Shown: positions 30,239-39,868 of the stretch, piece by piece
Numbering within the stretch: the first letter of the stretch is position 1
Layout of the letters: each line of letters begins with the position of its first letter
Assembly (NCBI GenBank): GCA_051382335.1
Contig: JBBCAX010000150.1
Span: 30,727 to 94,726, forward strand
Length of the DNA stretch: 64,000 bases
Source of the DNA: Deltaproteobacteria bacterium TL4
Lineage (GTDB): Bacteria > SAR324 > NAC60-12
Reading direction: 5' to 3'
Notes under the pieces: model-generated
Databases searched by the model: none
Seen by the model: the letters and a program-made list of their open reading frames with translations, nothing else
Told to the model about the DNA's origin: nothing
Position numbers and translations under genes: made by a program

Positions 30239-30839
30239 TTTCTTCTCCTTTTTGATCTGTCACAGAAATATGTTGAAAAAATGGAGTCAACAGTTCTTTC
30301 ACTCGCGTTCGCGCATAAAATAAGCGAGATTTTACACTTCCAACGGGAACATCCAGTATTTCCGCAATCTCATGTACCGGCACATCATCCTGGTAATGAA
30401 GATACAAAACCAGTCGGTGATTATCACTCAATTTATGCAGTGCTCTTTGAATTATTTGTTTTCGCTGTGCATTCAGAACCAGACGCTCAGGAGAGGGGCT
30501 GTGATCCATATAGATCAAGGTCGCCTCCTCAAAGTTCGCTGGTAAATCGGATTCCGCCTGAAAAAAACTTTGATGCTTCCGCGCTTTTTTTAAATAACGA
30601 AGCGATTCATTGACTGAAATCTTATAAATCCATGTTTTAAAAGACGCCTCTCCACGAAATTTTTTTAATCCCCGGTACGTCGCAATAAAAACATCCTGTA
30701 CTACGTCAGGAACCATCGCTTCATTCTTTAAAATAGCATAACAAAGTCGTCCTACTAAATTTTGATACTTCTTGACTAGTATCTCAAACGCTTTTTTATC
30801 ACCACTCAAATGAGCTTTAATCAGTATCTCGTCATCCAT
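30228..30839 (-). CDS. ECF-type RNA polymerase sigma factor
   Basis: AFEILVKKY, DVVQDVF, FKTWIYKI, EIAEILDVPVGSVKSRLFYAR. Confidence 0.95.
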   Translation of the reverse strand: MDDEILIKAHLSGDKKAFEILVKKYQNLVGRLCYAILKNEAMVPDVVQDVFIATYRGLKKFRGEASFKTWIYKISVNESLRYLKKARKHQSFFQAESDLPANFEEATLIYMDHSPSPERLVLNAQRKQIIQRALHKLSDNHRLVLYLHYQDDVPVHEIAEILDVPVGSVKSRLFYARTRVKELLTPFFQHISVTDQKGEENVM

Positions 30840-31008
30840 GGGATACCATTAGGGTATACCTTAATTACGATCCCTCATGTCAGGTACTGATTATCATAGA
30901 AAGGTTATCTTTAATAAAAGATTCCTGCCTATATAGAACAGTCCCCAGCAATTGGGTTCAATGAAATTACATTTTATTTTTCAATTTCTATTTTGTCACT
31001 CTTGTTTC

Positions 31009-31605
31009 TTAGCGTATTAATTCGACATTATCCATACTGATTTTTTTATCTTTGAGCTGATAGTTTAAATTTACCCCCAAAAAAGTACTGTTTTCTTTAT
31101 GTAAAATCACTGAGTCCGGAGCTGATAAATGTTCATTTTGATAATCAAAAATTACTTTTTCTGTATTTATTTGCAAATCGCTTCCCCGTGTCCCTACCAC
31201 GTTCCCACTTAAAACCACCTGTTGTGAAGGCTCATCCACCATCCCTTGCTGTGCTTTGACATGGATATCCACTTTAGGCTCCCCTGAAATTTCTGAGGTG
31301 TAAATCAGAATTTCAACCTGTTCCAGTAAGAAACTACGCGTCTCTTCCATAAAGGTGGCGTGAGTACTTAGGATCTTCCAACGCTTATGTTCTCTTTTGA
31401 AATCTTCAATCTCCACCCCTTCCAGGGTTAACGTTTTGATTAACTCTGCAGGGGATTCAAGGGTTTCCTTTTCTATGTTAAAAATGCTGGAAAAATAAAA
31501 AAACGCACTGATGAGCAAAAAAAGCAGCGCCATTTCTTTCCGGTTTCCCCATAACACCCTGTAGTAAGGATGCGATTCTTGAATAGACTTTGAGGCTTTT
31601 ATCAT
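31009..31605 (-). CDS. lptC: LPS export periplasmic protein LptC
   Basis: Single N-terminal TM, then jellyroll-type pattern (WKILSTHA, VKAQQG, VVLSGNV, INTEKVIFD). Confidence 0.75.
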   Translation of the reverse strand: MIKASKSIQESHPYYRVLWGNRKEMALLFLLISAFFYFSSIFNIEKETLESPAELIKTLTLEGVEIEDFKREHKRWKILSTHATFMEETRSFLLEQVEILIYTSEISGEPKVDIHVKAQQGMVDEPSQQVVLSGNVVGTRGSDLQINTEKVIFDYQNEHLSAPDSVILHKENSTFLGVNLNYQLKDKKISMDNVELIR

Positions 31606-31611
31606 TTGAGG

Positions 31612-32115
31612 TCAGAAGCGCAGATAAAAAATGGTAGTTTTTACATCCCATGGAGCGGAAGCCTTGGAGGTATGAGACGCTGAGGCAAAAGAGGTGTTTT
31701 GAAAGTCTTCATTTCTATCGTAAAAAAGACCAGCCTGACGTCTTCTCAAATTGGGCAAAGGAGACTCTGGAATGATGGCAGGGTCAAAACTCAAACCTTT
31801 GATGACTAAAACAATCCCAAAACCATAACCGAAAAGTCCTCCCAGCGTGGTGCCGAGTAGCAGAGATTCCCGAAAATCAGCGGAGGAATCCGCTAAGGCG
31901 ATAGAACTCCCCATGATCGCGCCCCAAGCGGAACCCATTAAGGTATTCCAAAACACGGATTTCATCACGGGATCCTTGATTTGTATTTGAGTCTGATCCG
32001 TTTCTGCCGGCGGAACTGCCGGCAGAGCGGCTGGCGGAGTCACGGCCTGTTGGGCCAGACAAACTTGAGTCATACTCATGATGATCCACAGAAGGATACC
32101 TATTTTACGAAACAT
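31612..32115 (-). CDS. Exported glycine-zipper protein (paralogue 1)
   Basis: Signal peptide (CLA-Q); GSAWGAIMG and GTTLGGLFGYGFG; ends TIFYLRF; GAGG RBS. Confidence 0.75.
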   Translation of the reverse strand: MFRKIGILLWIIMSMTQVCLAQQAVTPPAALPAVPPAETDQTQIQIKDPVMKSVFWNTLMGSAWGAIMGSSIALADSSADFRESLLLGTTLGGLFGYGFGIVLVIKGLSFDPAIIPESPLPNLRRRQAGLFYDRNEDFQNTSFASASHTSKASAPWDVKTTIFYLRF

Positions 32116-32133
32116 GGTGCTTCCTCAGAGTGA

Positions 32134-32577
32134 TTAAAAAGTATAGTGAAGTAAGGTCAATTTCATTTTCGGGCTCCTAGGCTTTTTTGCCGAGTAGGAA
32201 TCCTTCTTGATGATAGAAAACTCGAGGGGCTGATTTTGATAACCCAGTAACTTATTCAACAAAGGATTGTCTTCCGGTTGGTCAGGATAGATGACGGCCT
32301 GCTTGAGTACATAAAATCCTGCCGCGGAACCCAAAACTGAGCCCACAACAACCCCCCAACGGATGCTGTCAATGATATCAACAATTAAGGGATCCGTCAA
32401 CCACACAACAGCTCCAATACCCGCTCCGGCCACAACACCCCCTAGTGTGAAGCCAACTTGAGTATTAAACATCAGGGGCCCCTTCTCTTGAGCACTCACA
32501 CTTTCTACCGCAATTCCCGCTAGCAATACTAATCCCATGATTAGGGAAATGAACCCATTTTTCGTATAAGCACACAT
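32134..32577 (-). CDS. Exported glycine-zipper protein (paralogue 2)
   Basis: Signal peptide (VSA-Q); GVVAGAGIG and GVVVGSVLGSAAG; ends LTLLHYTF; AAGGAG RBS. Confidence 0.75.
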   Translation of the reverse strand: MCAYTKNGFISLIMGLVLLAGIAVESVSAQEKGPLMFNTQVGFTLGGVVAGAGIGAVVWLTDPLIVDIIDSIRWGVVVGSVLGSAAGFYVLKQAVIYPDQPEDNPLLNKLLGYQNQPLEFSIIKKDSYSAKKPRSPKMKLTLLHYTF

Positions 32578-32752
32578 TCACAACTCCTTAAGCTTTGATA
32601 TTTTAATCTCTTGTTAAGAATTCTGACCCTCAATTTCTCAAAAAAGTTCACCCGAATCCAGTTTTTTTTTGATTAGTGAATAATATTTGCATTTCCCTTA
32701 TTTCACAGATGTTTTCATCCTTCTCCTTACGTTCTCATTCAAAGAAGCTCTT

Positions 32753-33379
32753 ATGCTCATAAAAAAAACTAAGATTGTCAATCTCATTATTTGTCTAATA
32801 GTCGGATTATGGTTGAGTAAAAGCACGGCTGTCTTCGCGCAATCACAATTTGAAGACGATTCCTCTTTTGACGAAACGGATCAACTTGATGACGAGGAGA
32901 CGGATTTTGGTGATGATTTTGAAAATTCAGATGGCTTTGACAGCCTCGATGAAGGAGATAGCGACGCTGATGGAGAAGGTTCCTTTCTGAATGAAGAGCA
33001 AGATACCCAGGAGCAGTATATTGATGACAGCTTGATCCCGGAAGGTGCCGAAAAGAGTTTAGAGAGCATTTTTCTCAAGCAGAGACAGTTACTATTGGAA
33101 GAAAAAATCAACGCTCCTTTAAATGTCGCTTATGGTGCGGGAACCGGTTTGATGATTGGGGGGTGGATCGCTCTTTTAGCTTCTCGGACCGCTAGAGATA
33201 CGCTGAGATCCATTGGTTTGGGGATTGTGACAGGAAGTATGGTAGGTGTTTCCATCGGAACACGTTCCGTTTGGGATCCTAACGCAAAACGTCCCGGTGG
33301 ATTCCCTCCTGACCCGGGAGCAGGACAGGGCTCTTTCTTTATTACGCCTAACGCCATAGGCTTTAACTGGAAATTCTAG
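32753..33379 (+). CDS. Exported glycine-zipper protein (paralogue 3) with an acidic N-terminal tract
   Basis: ATG at 32753; signal peptide (VFA-Q); D/E-rich stretch; GAGTGLMIG and GIVTGSMVGVSIG; ends IGFNWKF. Confidence 0.75.
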   Translation: MLIKKTKIVNLIICLIVGLWLSKSTAVFAQSQFEDDSSFDETDQLDDEETDFGDDFENSDGFDSLDEGDSDADGEGSFLNEEQDTQEQYIDDSLIPEGAEKSLESIFLKQRQLLLEEKINAPLNVAYGAGTGLMIGGWIALLASRTARDTLRSIGLGIVTGSMVGVSIGTRSVWDPNAKRPGGFPPDPGAGQGSFFITPNAIGFNWKF

Positions 33380-34343
33380 AAGTCTGGTTTTTATCGGCTA
33401 AATGGATTTTGACGAGGACCCAGGGAATCCCTAAACCGCTGACCAGTCCTAAGAGTCCATACCGAATTCCCTGTGCCCAAAGTTGTAGCGCCATAGAGTT
33501 CGGCGTGTATGATTTGAATAACAAACTCAACCCAATATGGGTCAGGGTAACAAGTCCCAATCCCACACCGCCTCGAAGCAGTTTTTGCGGAAAGGAGCCT
33601 CTGGTACTAAAGTTTAAATATTTTTCTTCAAACACAAACCCCGCTCCTAGCCCTAATAAGGCGCCGAGTGCAGTCATTGCCGCTTTTTGCGGGAAATTTA
33701 CTGCCAGAAACGTAGCCAGAACGCCAATCAGCAAATAAAGACTGTATAATTTAAGCTCCCTCTGAACTACAATTTTTTCACCCAAGAGCCATAGGCCTAA
33801 AATCACCCCCCCTACCACATATCCACCCAGAATATCTTGTGGAAAATGAACCCCCAAATACAGTCTGGAAAAAGGAATCAACAGGATCAATAACAAAGCG
33901 ATGATTCTCAGGGCCGTCTGCTTCATTTTTATAACAAGGAATCCCCATAAAACGACGGAGCCTTGAGTGTGACCGCTTAAAAAAGAATAAGTTGCTTCAA
34001 AATCAAGTGACACTAACAACGGAGTGCCAGGAAAAAGCAGTGTCTGAATTGCGGGATCGTAGGGCCGCGGGATTTGAAACACTTCCTTGATGACAAGGTT
34101 GATGATGCCGCTAAACAAAACAAGAAAGGCTAAACTTTGCCCCTGTTTTTTATGATAGGACCAGTAACAAAGGGTGAGAAAAACAATATAGCCTGCTGTA
34201 CTTCCCATACTTGTAATCGCGGTAAAAAAATAATTTAGCAAAGGCTGACGAAATTGCTGAATAGTCAGTAGGATTTGGTAGTCAGCAGGAAGATTACTCC
34301 ATAAAAACGCTTCCATAGTCTCCTGTATTTCAAAATGAATCAC
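33363..34343 (-). CDS. PAP2 family membrane phosphatase
   Basis: K-x6-RP, SFLSGH, SRLYLGVHFPQD; many TM segments. Confidence 0.9.
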   Translation of the reverse strand: MIHFEIQETMEAFLWSNLPADYQILLTIQQFRQPLLNYFFTAITSMGSTAGYIVFLTLCYWSYHKKQGQSLAFLVLFSGIINLVIKEVFQIPRPYDPAIQTLLFPGTPLLVSLDFEATYSFLSGHTQGSVVLWGFLVIKMKQTALRIIALLLILLIPFSRLYLGVHFPQDILGGYVVGGVILGLWLLGEKIVVQRELKLYSLYLLIGVLATFLAVNFPQKAAMTALGALLGLGAGFVFEEKYLNFSTRGSFPQKLLRGGVGLGLVTLTHIGLSLLFKSYTPNSMALQLWAQGIRYGLLGLVSGLGIPWVLVKIHLADKNQTSRISS

Positions 34344-34386
34344 ATGTAATTGAGCGTTGGACCCAGCAAAAGATATTGAGAGTTAT

Positions 34387-34571
34387 TAGACATCTTTCCA
34401 AAATATAAACTTTCAGATAAGTCTTTCCTGGGAACGCGGGCATCCTGCCCGCAAAAGCAGGCGGGACGCCTGCGCTCCCAGCCCAAAATACTTTTCTGAA
34501 ACACGATAGAACCTGGATTTTAGAGGATTTGTGGGTATGAGCCTCTTCCTTTACAGCTTTTCAGAATTTCA
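34387..34571. repeat. Dispersed ~82-bp repeat, here interrupted by MITE copy 1
   Basis: 34387-34403 plus 34509-34571 is nearly identical to the contiguous 58240-58321. Confidence 0.85.
34404..34508. mobile_element. 105-bp TA-bounded MITE-like element with an internal GC-rich REP-like hairpin (copy 1)
   Basis: Imperfect TIRs (TATAAACTTTCAGATAAGT / ACTTTTCTGAAACACGATA) around the hairpin at 34428-34481 (CTGGGAACGCGGGCATCCTGCCCGC-AAAA-GCAGGCGGGACGCCTGCGCTCCCAG). Confidence 0.75.
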
Positions 34572-34573
34572 AA

Positions 34574-34678
34574 TATAGTGCTCAAGATAAGTTTTGTCCT
34601 GGGAGCGCGGGTGTCCCGCCCGCTTTTGCGGGTAAGATGCCCGCGCTCCCAGGGAAAAAACTTTCCTGGACAGCTATA
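34574..34678. mobile_element. 105-bp TA-bounded MITE-like element (copy 2, inverted relative to copy 1)
   Basis: Diverged reverse complement of 34404-34508; hairpin at 34599-34652; ends TATAGTG...GCTATA. Confidence 0.75.
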
Positions 34679-34684
34679 ATTGGG

Positions 34685-34901
34685 TAGTGTCCCAGAATGA
34701 CTTACCCAGCTTTAGCTGGGTAAGTCATCCACTCTTCAGTGTTCCAGATAGGGTCAGTTAATCCAGCGGCCATAGCAGGAGTACGTTTTCTACGTTGGCC
34801 TTTGTTGTCTTTGAGACTCAAGGTTCTGACGGGTCAGGAAAAAATGTTGAAAAGACAGAATTCATATGATTTCTATAGCAGGAAGTCAATCTGGGACACC
34901 A
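34685..34901. mobile_element. 217-bp MITE-like element with 19-bp TIRs
   Basis: TAGTGTCCCAGAATGACTT (34685-34703) versus AAGTCAATCTGGGACACCA (34883-34901), 17/19 complementary; ends resemble those of the 105-bp elements. Confidence 0.65.
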
Positions 34902-35024
34902 CCGAAATATCGACTTCAAGGTAAAGTCACTCCAAACCAAAGGATATAGTGTTTCGGGTACTCCTTCGCTAGGATATGCGCCGTCTGCCAACGTAAAAAA
35001 CCAGACTCATCCATCAATTTATTT

Positions 35025-35420
35025 TTACCCGTTCTTATTAATCAAGGGCCAAAGAAACCTGACCATTTCCGGTTGATTGCTGGCGTTTGCCAGATCTAGG
35101 ACGGTTTGTCCACGCTTGTTTTTAATGGAGGGATCCGCATGATTATTGATGAGAAATTTGACGGTTTCCAAATCTCTGGATTGAACCGCGAACATGAGCA
35201 CGGTCCAGCCGTCTTGATCCCTGGCCTGGACATCGGCTCCTTTTTTAATCAACATTTGAACGGTATTGAACTCATTTTTATACACAGCCATCATTAACAG
35301 GGTCGTTCCTTTGTTGTCTATGGCCGCATTGATGTCTTTTGCCCCTGTTTGAACTTTTGCGCTCCCGCACCCTACCACCATCGACAAAACCACCAGCACA
35401 AGGACATATTTCATATTCAT
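35025..35420 (-). CDS. Small ankyrin-repeat lipoprotein
   Basis: Lipobox-like VVGC; repeats GTTLLMMA, GWTVLMFA, GQTVLDLA. Confidence 0.9.
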   Translation of the reverse strand: MNMKYVLVLVVLSMVVGCGSAKVQTGAKDINAAIDNKGTTLLMMAVYKNEFNTVQMLIKKGADVQARDQDGWTVLMFAVQSRDLETVKFLINNHADPSIKNKRGQTVLDLANASNQPEMVRFLWPLINKNG

Positions 35421-35559
35421 ATCATTCGTAAAGAGTTCAAACTATCAACTTCAGGTTCTTATACTTGGTGTAACGATACTTTTACCAGGAAATTAATGGC
35501 AGAGATCATGCATTTCATTTAGTTAACAGTGTTTGCTTGAATCCTGTATGTAGGAGGAC

Positions 35560-35763
35560 ATGATGTTGACAAGATACCATTCATATTATTGCTACCTAAA
35601 TCAGGGACAACCGGTTGTTCAAGAACATGAACCCGATGGTTTTGTGGAACTCCCCTATCACTATGCAACTCAGTGTCCAAGCTTTGATATTGCGAAAAGA
35701 GTCTATGATGCTGAGCTGAAGATTAGAAATTGGCGATCCTTCGCGGAAGCTCATCCTGCATGA
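35560..35763 (+). CDS. Small hypothetical protein (67 aa)
   Basis: Strong AGGAGG RBS; fills an otherwise empty intergenic gap. Confidence 0.6.
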   Translation: MMLTRYHSYYCYLNQGQPVVQEHEPDGFVELPYHYATQCPSFDIAKRVYDAELKIRNWRSFAEAHPA

Positions 35764-35798
35764 TCAATAGAAGCTGCCAGTGTTTATTGTTCAAAAAC

Positions 35799-37718
35799 TC
35801 AGTTTTCTAGGTTTGTCGCTTTGCTGATGATCTTGACTCGTTTTACAGGTTTGGTTGAGACCCTGTTGCCCCGGGCACTCACGCCTTTAACGGCGAGGTC
35901 ATCAAAATTAAAGAGTTCCCGTGCTTTTTGCATTTTTGCTTTTGGCACAAACTGAACTTCAACCATGACTCCCGGGCCTGCGCTAAAGTGAGCAATGACC
36001 GCTCCTTCTTGTTCTGTGAACAGCCGGTATTCTTTGTCCAGGATGAATTTTTCTACAGAAAAACGCTTGGCATAGCAGATTTGTTCCCTGTTTTCGTAGT
36101 AAATCAGATTGTAAATGAGGCCTGTGTCCACCTTGTCCACTCGAATGACATCTTTCCCAATGAATAATTTTTCAGGAACTTTAACGACGCGATACCGACC
36201 ATCTGTATGAAACACCACAATGCGATCATAAGTTGTGCAAAGGATTGTCTGCTCGGCTTTGATCACGGTTCCAATGTATCCTTCCTTTTCGTCCCAGCCT
36301 AATTTTTGATCCTTGACTACAACCTCCTTGAGATTAACCGGTTTGAATTCGCTGATTTTTGTTCGGCGAGGGTAGAGTTTTCCATACGTTTTGATCAAAT
36401 TCTTGATATAGCGGATCGTATAACGATTGACATCTTTCAAGGAATTTTGATAATTTTGAATGGTGTTTTCGAGTTGCGTCAGCTCCTCTTGACTCTTATT
36501 CAGATCAAATTTGGAGAGACGTTTGATCTGGATGGTCAGGAGTCTTTCCAGATCGTCCTTTGTGATCGCTTCCTCCAACTGTCGTCGCAGGGGTTTCATG
36601 GCATTACTGACGGTTTCCAGAACGGCCTCATAACTCTCACACTCTTCCAAGTCCCGATAAATCTTATGACTGATAAAAAACATTTCCAATTGTTTATGAT
36701 GCCATTGTTTTTTTGTTTTTGCCAAGGCGAGTTCCAATTCAAGCCCCAGCAGCTTGATTAAACGATCCGTGCTATGCCTGAGGATCTGAGCGGTTGGTAT
36801 CTGAACAGGCTGGTTATCTTGAATCACCAGGAGGTTGACAGAAATCGAAACTTCACATTGAGTGAACGCGTAAAGCTGAGGAATTACGCCTTCGGCATTC
36901 ACCCCACGAACGGTCTTTAATTCGATGGCTACGGCATCAGTGGTGTAGTCGTTGATGGAAGAAAGTTTAAATTTTCCTTTATTTACCGCGTCTTGTATGG
37001 ATTGGATCAAAGTCTCGGTGGTAACTCCATAAGGAACATCCCGGACAATCAACGTTTTATCATCCACAACTTCGATATTTGCACGAACATTAACTTTTCC
37101 GCCACCTTCCTGGTATTGACTCACATCAATCAGACCTCCACTTAGAAAGTCCGGATACAATTCGAAGGGTTGATTCTGCAGGTATGCAATTTGTGCTTCC
37201 AAGACTTCATTGAAATTATGAGGAAGAATGCGTGTTGACATCCCGACCGCAATGCCTTCTGCGCCCAATAATAAAACCGATGGAATTTTACAGGGTAATG
37301 TGACCGGTTCCTGATTACGACCATCATAGCTTGGAATAAACTCTGTGATTTCAGGGTTAAAAAGGACTTCCTTCGCCAATGGAGTCAGGCGGGCTTCAAT
37401 ATATCGTGCGGCAGACGCGGGATCTCCGGTGAGAATATTACCGAAGTTTCCCTGTTTGTCGATAAAGTATTCCTTGTTTGCCAGCACAACAATTGCCGAA
37501 CCGATGGAAGCATCCCCATGAGGATGAAGTTTCATGGAATCTCCAATAATGTTGGCAACCTTATTGAACTTGCCATCATCCATCTTCATCATCGTATGTA
37601 AAATTCGACGTTGTACGGGCTTCAATCCATCATTCAGATCTGGAATGGCGCGGTCTTTAATGACGTATGACGCATATTCCAAAAAATTCTGATCCATAAT
37701 GGGTTTCAAATATTGCAT
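35799..37718 (-). CDS. parC: DNA topoisomerase IV subunit A (short GyrA/ParC family)
   Basis: YVIKDRAIP..DGLKPVQRRIL, HPHGD, QGNFG, AARYIEARL catalytic Tyr, GIAVGM; short C-terminal domain with no GyrA box recognised. Confidence 0.9.
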   Translation of the reverse strand: MQYLKPIMDQNFLEYASYVIKDRAIPDLNDGLKPVQRRILHTMMKMDDGKFNKVANIIGDSMKLHPHGDASIGSAIVVLANKEYFIDKQGNFGNILTGDPASAARYIEARLTPLAKEVLFNPEITEFIPSYDGRNQEPVTLPCKIPSVLLLGAEGIAVGMSTRILPHNFNEVLEAQIAYLQNQPFELYPDFLSGGLIDVSQYQEGGGKVNVRANIEVVDDKTLIVRDVPYGVTTETLIQSIQDAVNKGKFKLSSINDYTTDAVAIELKTVRGVNAEGVIPQLYAFTQCEVSISVNLLVIQDNQPVQIPTAQILRHSTDRLIKLLGLELELALAKTKKQWHHKQLEMFFISHKIYRDLEECESYEAVLETVSNAMKPLRRQLEEAITKDDLERLLTIQIKRLSKFDLNKSQEELTQLENTIQNYQNSLKDVNRYTIRYIKNLIKTYGKLYPRRTKISEFKPVNLKEVVVKDQKLGWDEKEGYIGTVIKAEQTILCTTYDRIVVFHTDGRYRVVKVPEKLFIGKDVIRVDKVDTGLIYNLIYYENREQICYAKRFSVEKFILDKEYRLFTEQEGAVIAHFSAGPGVMVEVQFVPKAKMQKARELFNFDDLAVKGVSARGNRVSTKPVKRVKIISKATNLEN

Positions 37719-38299
37719 AGTCTGGTCTTACTGCTGTGTTCGTTGGGGTTAAAGGCAATTCATCATTTTGATGAGCATGTTGAGGAGGAACGTAAGGGGA
37801 TAACACAGACGAAATTAAACTGCCAGGAGAAATCAAATTATTTGGAAAAAAATTAAAATGCGGTGTTGATGAGCTCCTGTTTTTCAGGCTTCCAACGGTT
37901 ATTAACGAGGGAATTCTTGATAGCATAGCGTTTGGCTTTTGTCTGTCTTCATTGCCTGATTTTGGTTCATTAGAATATGGCTCAAGCTGATGCATAATAT
38001 GTCTTTATGCAAACAGAAATAAGCTTCAGATGGTTTAATTTTTGCTTTTGATTTACAGGAATGGATGTCGCATTTTATAAAATATATTCCCTGTGTTTTA
38101 GTGTCTTACTAAAAGGAGGGACATACTTTTAATGACTATCTATGCTATAGTGTGTCTTATGGACCTTAAAGTTTCGGTGAAAACCGGCGACTTTCTTTTG
38201 GTTCATAAACCGGGGCACAATGTTTCTTTATGCAATTCGAGTTGAGCTTGAATTGATTTGATTAATCATCATTACAGTAAACTCATTCATGGAGTGTCT

Positions 38300-39826
38300 A
38301 TGAAAGCGAAGTATGTTTTTAACGTTAAAAAAATGAAAGCGACGATACTGGTGATTCTGCTGGTATTCGGATTGGGAAGTTGTATGGAATACCCGGAAAG
38401 AAAACAAAACGCTGGCGTCACACCAGCGTTGGCTGATCCGAATACTCCGAATCCGGAAGGATTACCTGAACTTAGTAGTGCGTCATCATCCAAGATCCAG
38501 CGCATCCTGAATGATGCCACCACCAAATCCTGCCTGGATGGTTTTGATGTTGACCGATGGAAAACCCAGTATCCACGTGCGACTACCTGTGATCTGGCTC
38601 CTCCGATCGTCGGCGTGAGTGTCGCCATTAAAATGAAAGAAAACGGTGTGTACAAGCATTGGTATGGTTCCAGCGGATATGCCAATCTGGAAAAACAAAT
38701 CAAACTGGATCCTGACCGAGTGGTTCGTATCGGTAGCGGAACTAAAACGTTTACGTCCATGCTGGTGCTGATGGAGCATCTCAGTGCAACAAACCCCACC
38801 TTCCGTGCCATTCCGGAACGTGATAAATTCGGGCAAGTCATAACACCTGCCAGTAACGCATGGGATTGGTTGCCGACTCCTTATCAGGAGTATCTGGAAA
38901 CTTTGAAACATGGTTCTTTGAGCAAACCTAAGCTGAAAAAAGTAACCATCGACCGCTTGCTGGAACATACAACCTGTCTGCCAAGTTACACGGATTTACT
39001 CTTGCCCATTACCACAGAACAGTATCCTGAGTCTTACTACATCCCCTTCGCCCCAGAAACCGTCTTGTTTGCCTCCAACTCACTGCATAGTGAATGCGAT
39101 CCAACCAAGACCTTCGTTACGGAAGTGACGGCAACAGATGGTACCGTAAATCCCGCCACAACTATTTTTGAAAAAAATTACCATTACTCCAATACCAACT
39201 ACTATTTGCTGGGACTGATTGTCGAAAAACTGTACAGCACATCGTTTAAGAACGCTTTACAAACCAAACTGCTGACACCGCTTAAAATGGATAATACCTA
39301 TTTCCCTGAAGGCATCGAAATGCCCGGCTATCAGGCCAATATGTATTTTGATGACTACAACAATCCTGACGGTATCTGGGAAAACATCACCGAACAGGAT
39401 GCCTCTCTGGCGTTTTCTGCCGGACAGATTGTATCTAACGTCAAAGATCTGCTGACTTGGATTCAAGCCATGACTACCGGAGTCAATCCCCTCACCAAGG
39501 CTCCAATGCTGAGCAATGAGGTAATCGACCTGCGCAACCCGGCCAACCATCCGGAGTTGTTCTACCAGTTCCGTCCGACTCGAACCGACCTTGACTATGG
39601 GTTGGGGATTATTTTGAGAGACCGATTCTTGCTGGGGCATTCCGGGCAGATCAATGGCGGCGTATTATCCATTAACTATCATAGTGGGCAGGATGCCTGG
39701 CTGGTGGTGATTCAAAACAGCGCAAAATTTGGAATTGCCGGAGAACGCTATGTTGAAACGATCGCTTATCAAATATTCAATGAAATGTTCCCGGGCAACG
39801 GGATTCCTACCAAACCTCAGCAGTAA
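38300..39826 (+). CDS. Serine hydrolase, beta-lactamase/S12 (D-Ala-D-Ala peptidase-like) family, probable lipoprotein
   Basis: IGSGTK (SxxK), LLEHT, YHYSNTNY (YxN), GHSG; lipobox LGSC; GGAG RBS before the ATG at 38300. Confidence 0.88.
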   Translation: MKAKYVFNVKKMKATILVILLVFGLGSCMEYPERKQNAGVTPALADPNTPNPEGLPELSSASSSKIQRILNDATTKSCLDGFDVDRWKTQYPRATTCDLAPPIVGVSVAIKMKENGVYKHWYGSSGYANLEKQIKLDPDRVVRIGSGTKTFTSMLVLMEHLSATNPTFRAIPERDKFGQVITPASNAWDWLPTPYQEYLETLKHGSLSKPKLKKVTIDRLLEHTTCLPSYTDLLLPITTEQYPESYYIPFAPETVLFASNSLHSECDPTKTFVTEVTATDGTVNPATTIFEKNYHYSNTNYYLLGLIVEKLYSTSFKNALQTKLLTPLKMDNTYFPEGIEMPGYQANMYFDDYNNPDGIWENITEQDASLAFSAGQIVSNVKDLLTWIQAMTTGVNPLTKAPMLSNEVIDLRNPANHPELFYQFRPTRTDLDYGLGIILRDRFLLGHSGQINGGVLSINYHSGQDAWLVVIQNSAKFGIAGERYVETIAYQIFNEMFPGNGIPTKPQQ

Positions 39827-39868
39827 ATAATCAGGTTTTATAGATAACAGCTAAATATATGAGGATTT

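Noticed and set aside
34387..34960. Possible CRISPR array
   Set aside because: The repeats are two long inverted hairpin elements, not regularly spaced direct repeats; no cas genes in the window.
37657..37995. 112-aa ORF as a parE remnant or leader
   Set aside because: Overlaps parC out of frame, low-complexity composition, no topoisomerase B motifs.
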